A stretch of DNA of 64,000 nt from Bugula neritina (lineage: Eukaryota > Animalia > Bryozoa), in the NCBI GenBank assembly GCA_964035545.1, contig CAXIUT010000126.1, positions 186,001 to 250,000 on the forward strand, read 5' to 3'. Positions 1-9,100 of the stretch are shown piece by piece. The position numbers and the translations under genes were made by a program. The notes under the pieces are model-generated. The model was not told where the DNA came from. It saw nothing but the letters and a program-made list of their open reading frames with translations, and made no database searches. The number at the start of each line of letters is the position of its first letter. The first letter of the stretch is position 1.

Positions 1-768
1 CGGCGGCGCGCTCACACGGCAAAGTGCAAGCGACGCGCGCCCTCCGCGCCTGGCTCGGTCGGGCGAGTGCGACCGGTACGGCCGTCCGCCCTCCCGCGTC
101 TGACGTTTCAACTACGAGCTTTTTAAACGCAGCAATATAAATATACGCTGCTTGAGCTGGAATTACCGCGGCTGCTGGCACCAGGCTTGCCCTCAAGTGG
201 ATCCTCGTTAAAGGATTTGAAGTGTACTCATTCCGATTACGGCGACACGTAAGTGCGCCGCATCGGTATTGTTCGTCACTACCTCTCGGTGTCCGAAGTG
301 GGTAATTTGCGTGCCTGCTGCCTTCCTTGGAAGTGGTCGCCGTTTCTCATGCGGCCTCTCCAGAATCGAACCCAGATTCTCTGTTATCCGTCAACGCCAC
401 GGTTGGCATAGCACCAACCGTCGACAGCATGATAGATCAGAAACTCAGTGAAGGCGTCGCCGGCGCCGAGGCCGTGCGATCGGCGGCAATTACTCGGGTG
501 TCGTCCACCAACGCTCGGCGCGAGGCCGAGCCATTGGTTTTCGCCTAATAAGTGCGCCCTTCCCCCGCCCGAGGACGGGGTCGGAGCCTTGTTGCATGTA
601 TTAGCACCGGAGTTACCGCACGTTATCCACGGGTGAGTCTGGCCCCAGTGGATTCATAACCGATTTAATGAGCCGTCCGCAGTCTCGCCGCGTACGCGGC
701 TTGTACTTAGACATGCATGGCTTAATCTTTGAGACAAGCATATGATTACTGGCAGGATCAACCAGATA
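1..768 (-). rRNA. 18S (SSU) rRNA gene, 5' portion (5' end through start of V4), truncated by the window edge; divergent and GC-rich
   Basis: The reverse complement from 768 reads TATCTGGTTGATCCTGCCAGTAATCATATGCTTGTCTCAAAGATTAAGCCATGCATGTCTAAGTAC, the canonical eukaryotic 18S 5' end. Conserved landmarks follow in order: CGGCTCATTAAATC, GCTAATACATGC, AAGGAAGGCAGCAGGCACGCAAATTACCCA, GGTGCCAGCAGCCGCGGTAATTCCAGCTC (530 loop, ~153-182) and AAAAAGCTCGTAGTTG (~109-124). Confidence 0.99.
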
Positions 769-1499
769 GCGCGCGCGCCACGCTCGCCGCGCGCCGGCCG
801 TGGCCGGGCGGGGAGCGCGCGCGCCGCGATCGGCGCACCGGCGGCGTGCGCGCGGCGTCTTCCCCCGCGGGGGCGCGCCGCGTCGCGCGTCCGCTCCGTT
901 GCGTTTGTGCGCGCGTAGTCGGGCGGGGGCCGCAGCCTCCCGCTCTCTCTCTGGCCGCGCGTAGCCGGGCGGGGTCGTCACTTCCCGCTCTCCGACACTG
1001 CGCGCGGCCGAGCGGGGCCAACCACCTCCCGCTCTCTCTCTCCGACCGCGCGTAGCCGGGCGGGGGCACCACTCCCCGCTCTCTCCCCGTCACTACGCGC
1101 GGCCGCGCGGGGCCACCACCTCCCGCTCTCTCCGACTACTACGCCGCAACCGATGTGCGCGGCCCGGCGGTCGGCGTGCGCGCTCCGACCGTCGGCGTTC
1201 ACGTGCCGCGTCTTTCTCTCCAACCGCTCTCTCTCCTCGGCGCAATCACCTCAACGACGAGCGGAGCCGGCGCGCGCGCCGGCTCCCTCCAACTCGGCAG
1301 TCGCCGTGCGACGGCAGCGACTGTCCCGACCCGGTCTCGAGTCGCCCGGCCGCGCGCGCGGGGCGCGGCGGCCGGGCCAGCGCTCAGTACAGGCTGCAGG
1401 CTGAATGGCTTCGGCGTGCGGCGCACCAGGTGCAACTCCGCGACGTCGAGCGGCCGCCTCGCTTGTAGTCTGGGACGCGGGCGCGCGTAGCGCCCGCCT
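769..1499 (-). other. 5' external transcribed spacer (5' ETS) of the pre-rRNA, ~730 nt if the gene-proximal TATAGG is the start site
   Basis: Lies directly upstream of the 18S 5' end on the transcribed strand. Very GC/CpG-rich with many inverted repeats, as is typical of ETS. The distal boundary is inferred from the Pol I start-like motif at 1497-1508. Confidence 0.8.
911..1140. repeat. ETS subrepeats: five ~45-bp units organised as ~90-bp A/B dimers
   Basis: CCCGCTCT recurs at 939, 984, 1028, 1075 and 1122 (spacing 45, 44, 47, 47). GCGCGTAGYCGGGCGGGG occurs at 911, 957 and 1048. The alternate CTRCGCGCGGCC..GCGGGGCCA type occurs at 998 and 1093. Confidence 0.85.
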
Positions 1500-1762
1500 A
1501 TAGTTGCGCGCGGTCTTCGGCGGCCAAACGGTCGGCCGAGCGCGCGGCTGGCCGTCGGCGGCCGGTCGGCCGCTCCCTACAGTTGCGCGGAGAAGTCGGC
1601 GGCCAGACGGTCGGCCGGGCGCGCGGCTAGCCGTCGGCGGCCGCTCGGCCGCTCCCTTTAGTTGCGCGGAAAAGTCGGCGGTGAGACGGTCCGACGGTCG
1701 CCCGCCTTCGGCGAGCGACCGCTACCTATAGTTGCGTGGAGAAGTCGGCGGTGAGACGGTCC
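1497..1762 (-). promoter_or_regulatory. Four tandem 79/79/70-bp repeats; putative RNA polymerase I gene promoter plus duplicated spacer promoters/enhancers
   Basis: AGTTGCG recurs at 1502, 1581, 1660 and 1730, each followed by TCGGCGG..A[A/G]ACGGTC. On the rRNA strand the four copies read CGCAACTATAGGCG, CGCAACTGTAGGGAG, CGCAACTAAAGGGAG and CGCAACTATAGGTAG. This resembles TATAGG-type Pol I initiators (Drosophila ACTATAGGTAG, plant TATATAGGG). Orientation and position fit. The repeats are seen directly; promoter function is inferred. Confidence 0.6.
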
Positions 1763-1814
1763 GGCGAAATTTTTCCGGCTTTTCCGGCCGGGCGGCGCGC
1801 GCCGGGCTCTGCGG

Positions 1815-1834
1815 CAGGCGAGTGCGCTCGCCTG
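1815..1834. other. Perfect 8-bp inverted repeat CAGGCGAG-TGCG-CTCGCCTG in the short unique segment between the promoter repeats and the satellite
   Basis: Read directly: arms at 1815-1822 and 1827-1834 with a 4-nt loop. Function unknown. Confidence 0.5.
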
Positions 1835-4800
1835 GAGCAAAGAAGTCGTCGGCCGCGGGCGAGTCCTCGGGCGCAGTATATTTCAGTATGTTGCAGTGTT
1901 TTTCAATGTGTTACAGTATATTTCATTAGTTTACCATATATTTCGGTGTGTTGCAGTATATTTCAATGTGTTGCAGTGTATTTCAGCATGTTGTAGTTTT
2001 TTGCAGTGTATTTCAGTATGTTACAGTGTATTTCAGTATGTTGCAGTATATTTCAGTATGTTACAGTGTATTTCAGTATGTTGCAGTATATTTCAGTGTG
2101 TTACAGTGTATTTCAGTATGTTGTAGTATATTTCAGTGTGTTACAGTATACTTCAGTATGTTGCAGTATTTTTCAATGTGTTAAAGTGTATTTCAGTAGT
2201 TTACCATATATTTCAGTATGTTGCAGTATATTTCAATGTGTTGCAGTGTATTTCAATATGTTACAGTGTATTTCAGTATGTTGCAGTATGTTGCAGTATA
2301 TTTCAGTATGTTACAGTGTATTTCAGTATGTTGCAGTGTATTTCAGTGTGTTACAGTTTACTTCAGTATGTTACAGTACATTTCCGTATATTACACTATA
2401 TTTTAGCGACTTGCAGTATATTTCAATGTGTTGCAGTGTATTTCAATATGTTACAGCATATTTCAGTATGTTGCAGTATGTTGCAGTGTAATTCAGTATA
2501 TTACATTGTATTTCAGTATGTTGCAGTTTATTTCAGTATGTAGCAGGGTATTTCAGTATGTTGCAGTGCATTTCAGTATGCTACAGCATATTTCAGTATG
2601 TTGCAGTATATCGCAATGTGTCGCAGTATATTTCAGTATGTTGCTGTATATTTCAATGTGTTACAGTGTTTTTCAGTTTATTACCATATATTTAGGTATG
2701 TTGCAGTATGTTTCAATGTGTTGCAGTGTATTTCAGTATGTTACAGTGTATTTCAGTATGTTGCAGTATGTTTCAATATGTTACAGTGTATTTCAGTATG
2801 TTGCAGTATATTTCAGTGAGTTGCAGTGTATTTCAGTGTGTTGCAGTGTATTTCAGTATTTTGCAGTATTTTTCAATGTGTTACAGTATGTTTCGGTATA
2901 TTACCATATATTTAGGTATGTTGCAGTATATTTCAATGTGTTGCAGTGTATTTCAATATGTTGTAGTATGTTGCAGTATGTTGTAGTATCTTGCGGTGTA
3001 ATTCAGTGTGTTGCAGTGTATTTCAGTATGTTGCAGTATGTTGCAGTATATTTCAGTATTTAGCAGTGTATTTCACTATTTGTCAGTATATTTCAGTATG
3101 TTACAGTGTATTTCAGTATGTTGCAGTATGTTGCAGTATATTTCAGTATGCAGCAGTGTATTTCACTATGTTGCAGTATAATTTAGTATATTACATTGTA
3201 TTTCAGTATAGTGCAGAGTATTTCGGTATGCTACAGCATATTTCAGTATGTTGCAGTATATTGCAATGTGTCGCAGTATATTTCAGTATGTTGTTGTATA
3301 TTTCAATGTGTTGCAGTATATTTCAGTATGTAGCAGTGTATTTCAGTATGTTGCAGTATATTTCAGTGAGTTGCAGTAAATTTCAGTGTGCTACAGCATA
3401 TTTCAGTGTGTTACAGTATATTGCAATGTGTCGCAGTATATTTCAGTATGTTGCAGTAATGTTCAATGTGTTACAGTATATTTCAGTAGTTTACCATACA
3501 TTTCACGACGTTGCAGTATATTTCAATGTGTTGCAGTGTATTTCAATATGTTAAAGTGTATTTCAGTATGTTGTAGTATTTTGCGGCGTATTTCAGTATG
3601 TTGCAGTATCTTGCAGCATATTTCAGCATGTTGCAGTTATTTTCAATGTGTTACAGTATATTTCAGTATATTACCGTATATTTAGGTATGTTGCAGTATA
3701 TTTCGATGTGTTGCAGTGTATTTCAGTAGTTTACCATACATTTCGGTATGTTGCAGTATATTTCAATGTGTTGCAGTGTATATCAATATGTTACAGTGTA
3801 TTTGAGCATGTTGTAGTATTTTGCAGTGTATTTCAGTATGTTGCAGTATCTTGCAGTGTATTTCAGTATGTTGCAGTATTTTTCAATGTGTTACCGTATA
3901 TTTCAGTATATTACCATATATTTAGGTATGTTGCAGTATATTTCAATGTGTTGCAGTGTATTTCAATATGTTCTAGTAATTTGCAGTGTGTTTCAGTATG
4001 TTACAGTGTATTGCAGTATGTTGCAGTATGTTTCAATATGTTACAGTGTATTTCAGCATGTTGCAGTATATTTCAGTGATTTGCAGTGTATTTCAGTGTG
4101 CTACAGCATATTTCAGTATGTTACAGTATATTGCAATGTGTCGCAGTGTATTTCAGTATGTTGCAGTATTTTTCAATGTGTTACAGTGTATTTCGGTATA
4201 TTACCGTATATTTAGGTATGTCGCAGTATATTTCAGTATGTTGCCGTATGTTTCAGTGTGTTGCAGTATATTTCATTTTGTTGCAGTGTATTTCAATTTG
4301 TTCCAGTGTATGTCAGTTTAATGCAGTATGTTGCAGTGTGTTTCAGTATGTTACAGTGTATTTCAGTATGTTGCAGTATCTTGCAGTACATTTCAGTATG
4401 TTTTAGTATGTAGCAGTGTATTTCAGTATGTTGCAGTATATTTCAGTATGTTGCAGTATATTGCAATGTGTCGCAGTATATTTCAGTATGTTGCTGTATA
4501 TTTCAATGTGTTGCAGTATATTTCAGTATGTAGCAGTGTATTTCAGTATGTTGCAGTGTGTTGCAGTGTAATTCAGTATATTACATTGTATTTCAGTGTG
4601 TTGCAGTTCATTTCAGTATGTAGCAGGGTATTTCAGTATAGTGCAGTATATTTCAGTATGCTGCAGTATATTTCAGTGTGTTACTGTTTTTTCCAGTATG
4701 TTACAACACATTTCCGTATATTACACTATATTTCAGCGAGTTACAGTATATTTCAATGTGTTGCAGTGTATTGCAATATGTTACAGCGTATTTCGGTATG

Positions 4801-6146
4801 TTGCAGTGTGTTGCAGTGTAATTCAGTATATTACATTGTATTTCAGTGTGTAGCAGTTCATTTCACTATGTAGCAGGGTATTTCAGTATAGTGCAGTGTA
4901 TTTCAGTATGCTACAGCATATTTCAGTTTGTTGCAGTATATTGCAATGTGTCGCAGTATATTTCAGTATGTTGCTGTATATTTCAATGTGTTGCAGTATA
5001 TTTCAGTATGTAGCAGTGTATTTCAGTATGTTGCAGTATATTTCAGTGAGTTGCAGTAAATTTCAGTGTGCTACAACATATTTCAGTGTGTTACAGTATA
5101 TTGCAATGTGTCGCAGTATATTTCAGTATGTTGCAGTATTGTTCAATGCGTTACAGTATATTTCAGTAGTTTACCATACATTTCAGGACGTCGCAGTATA
5201 TTTCAATGTGTTGCAGTGTATTTCAATATGTTACAGTGTATTTCAGTATGTTGTAGTATTTTGCGGCGTATTTCAGTATGTTGCAGTATCTTGCAGTATA
5301 TTTCAGCATGTTGCAGTTATTTTCAATGTGTTACAGTATGTTTCAGTATATTACCGTATATTTAGGTATGTTGCAGTATATTTCAATGTGTTGCAGTGTA
5401 TTTCAATATGTTCTAGTGTTTTGCAGTGTATTTCAGTTTGTTACAGTGTATTTCAGTATGTTGCAGTATGTTGCTTTATGTTTCAATATGTTACAGTGTA
5501 TTTCAGCATGTTGCAGTATATTTCAGTGAGTTGCAGTGTATTTCAGTGTGCTACAGCATATTTCAGTATGTTACAGTATATTGCAATGTGTCGCAGTATA
5601 TTTCAGTATGTTGCTATATATTTCAATGTGTTACAGTATATTTCAGTAGTTTACCATACATTTCGGTACGTTGCAGTATATTTCAATGTGTTGCAGTGTA
5701 TTTCAATATGTTACAGTGTATTTCAGTATGTTGTAGTATTTTGCCGCGTATTTCAGTAATTTGCAGTATCTTGCAGTGTATTTCAGTATGTTGCAGTATT
5801 TTTCAATGTGTTACCGTATATTTCAGTATATTACCATATATTTAGGTATGTTGCAGTATATTTCAATGTGTTGCAGTGTATTTCAATATGTTACAGTGTA
5901 TTTCAGCATGTTGTAGTTTTTTGCAGAATATTTCAGTGTGTTGCAGTGTACTTCAGTATTTTGCAGTATTTTTCAATGTGTTACAGTATATTTCGGTATA
6001 TTACCGCATATTTAGGTATGTTTCAGTATATTTCAATCTGTTGCAGTGTATTTCAATATGTTGTAGTATGTTGCAGTGTATTTCAGTATGTTACAGTGTA
6101 TTTCAGTATGTTGCAGTATATTTCAGTATGTTACCGTGTATTTCAG

Positions 6147-9100
6147 ATGTTGCAGTATATTTCAGTGTGTTACAGTGTATTTCAGTATGTTGTAGTATAT
6201 TTCAGTGTGTTACAGTATATTTCAGTATGTTGCAGTATTTTTTAATGTGTTGCAGTGTATTTCAATATGTTACAGCGTATTTCAGTATGTTGCAGTGTAT
6301 TTCAGTATGTAGCAGGGTATTTCATTATGTTGCAGTGCATTTCAGTATGCTACAGCATATTTCAGTATGTTGCAGTGTATTGCAATGTGTCGCAGTATAT
6401 TTCAGTATGTTGCTGTATATTTCAATGTGTTACAGTATATTTCAGTAGTTTACCATACATTTCGGTACGTTGCAGTATATTTCAATGTGTTGCAGTGTAT
6501 TTCAATATGTTACAGTTTATTTCAGTATGTTGTAGTATTTTGCCGCGTATTTCAGTATGTTGCAGTATCTTGCAGTGTATTTCAGTATGTTGCAGTATTT
6601 TTCAATGTGTTACCGTATATTTCAGTATATTACCATATATTTAGGTATGTTGCAGTATATTTCAATGTGTTGCAGTGTATTTCAATATGTTCTAGTAATT
6701 TGTGGTGTATTTCAGTATGTTACAGTGTATTTCAGTATTTTGCAGTATATTTCAGTGAGTTGCAGTGTATTTCAGTGTGCTACAGCATATTTCAGTATGT
6801 TGCAAAATATTGCAATGTGTCGCAGTATGTTGCAGTTTTTTTCAATGCGTTACAGTATATTTCAGTAGTTTACCATATATTTCGGTATGTTGCAGTATAT
6901 TTCAATGTGTTGCAGTGTATATCAATATGTTACAGTGTATTTGAGCATGTTGTAGTATTTTGCAGTGTATTTCAGTATGTTACAGTGTATTTCAGTATGT
7001 TGCAGTATGTTTCAATATGTTACAGTGTATTTCAGTATTTTGCAGTATATTTCAGTGAGTTGCAGTGTATTTCAGTGTGCTACAGCATATTTCAGTATGT
7101 TACAGTATATTGCAATGTGTCGCAATGTATTTCAGTATGTTGCAGTATTTTTCAAGGTGTTACAGTATATTTCAGTAGTTTACCATATATTTCGGTATGT
7201 TGCAGTATATTTCAATGTGTTGCAGTGTATATCAATATGTTACAGTGTATTTGAGCATGTTGTAGTATTTTGCAGTGTATTTCAGTGTGTTGCAGTGTAT
7301 TTCAGTATTTTGCAGTATTTTTCAATGTGTTACAGTGTATTTCGGTATATTACCGTATATTTAAGTATGTCACAGTATATTTCAGTATGTTGCCGTATGT
7401 TTCAGTGTGTTGCAGTATATTTCATTTAGTTGCAGTGTATTTCAATTTGTTCCAGTGTATGTCAGTATAATGCAGTATGTTGCAGTGTGTTTCAGTATGT
7501 TACAGTGTATTTCAGTATGTTGCAGTATCTTGCAGTACATTTCAGTATGTTTTAGTATGTAGCAGTGTATTTCAGTATGTTGCAATATATTTCAGTATGT
7601 TGCAGTATATTTCAGTGTGTTACTGTTTTTTCCAGTATGTTACAACACATTTCCGTATATTAAACTATATTTCAGCGAGTTACAGTATATTTCAATGTGT
7701 TGCAGTGTATTGCAATATGTTACAGCGTATTTCGGTATGTTGCAGTGTGTTGCAGTGTAATTCAGTATATTACATTGTATTTCAGTGTGTTGCAGTTCAT
7801 TTCAATATGTAGCAGGGTATTTCAGTATAGTGCAGTGTATTTCAGTATGCTACAGCATATTTCAGTATGTTGCTGTATATTGCAATGTGTCGCAGTATAT
7901 TTCAGTATGTTGCAGTACGTTGCAGTATGTTTCAATATGTTACGGTGTATTTCAGTATGTTGCAGTATATTTCAGTGAGTTGCAGTGTATTTCAGTGTGC
8001 TACAGCATATTTCAGTATGTTACAGTATATTGCAATGTGTCGCAGTATATTTCAGTATGTTGCAGTATTTTTCAATGTGTTACAGTATATTTCATTAGTT
8101 TACCATATATTTCGGTGTGTTGCAGTATATTTCAATGTGTTGCAGTGTATTTCAATATGTTACAGTGTATTTCAGCATGTTGTAGTTTTTTGCAGAATAT
8201 TTCAGTGTGTTGCAGTGTACTTTAGTATTTTGCAGTATTTTTCAATGTGTTACAGTATATTTCGGTATATTACCGTATATTTAGGTATGTTTCAGTATAT
8301 TTCCATCTGTTGCAGTGTATTTCAATATGTTGTAGTATGTTGCAGTGTATTTCAGTATGTTACAGTGTATTTCAGTATGTTGCAGTATATTTCAGTATGT
8401 TACAGTGTATTTCAGTATGTTGCAGTATATTTCAGTGTGTTACAGTGTATTTCAGTATGTTGTAGTATATTTCAGTGTGTTACAGTATATTTCAGTATGT
8501 TGCAGTATTTTTCAATGTGTTGCAGTGTATTTCAATATGTTACAGCGTATTTCAGTATGTTGCAGTGTATTTCAGTATGTAGCAGGGTATTTCAGTATGT
8601 TGCAGTGCATTTCAGTATGCTACAGCATATTTCAGTATGTTGCAGTATATTGCAATGTGTCGCAGTATATTTCAGTATGTTGCTGTATATTTCAATGTGT
8701 TACAGTATATTTCAGTAGTTTACCATACATTTCGGTACGTTGCAGTATATTTCAATGTGTTGCAGTGTATTTCAATATGTTACAGTGTATTTCAGTATGT
8801 TGTAGTATTTTGCCGCGTATTTCAGTATGTTGCAGTATCTTGCAGTGTATTTCAGTATGTTGCAGTATTTTTCAATGTGTTATCGTATATTTCAGTATAT
8901 TACCATATATTTAGGTATGTTGCAGTATATTTCAATGTGTTGCAGTGTATTTCAATATGTTCTAGTAATTTGTGGTGTTTTTCAGTATGTTACAGTGTAT
9001 TTCAGTATGTTGCAGTATGTTTCAATATGTTACAGTGTATTTCAGTATTTTGCAGTATATTTCAGTGAGTTGCAGTGTATTTCAGTGTGCTACAGCATAT

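Noticed and set aside
1763-1834. Pol I terminator (T0-like) or intrinsic terminator at the T-runs and hairpin
   Set aside because: No recognisable Sal-box/Reb1-type site. The T-runs are on the strand opposite to rRNA transcription, and hairpins are common at this GC content.
1-1871. Group I intron, R-element or other mobile insertion in the rDNA
   Set aside because: The 18S landmarks are collinear with roughly normal spacing. No reverse transcriptase, endonuclease or transposase ORF, terminal repeats or target-site duplications are visible.
1497-1900. Satellite derived from the promoter repeat (shared GTTGC: ctatagttgcg vs gtatgttgcag)
   Set aside because: Only 5-6 matching bases, which is expected by chance and not enough to claim homology.
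269-1929. ORFs of 60-122 aa over the 18S, ETS and promoter region on both strands
   Set aside because: They overlap rRNA or extremely GC-rich spacer where stops are rare. The Arg/Ala/Pro-rich translations have no recognisable domain. YLVDPASNHMLVSKIKPCMSK is simply the translated 18S 5' end.
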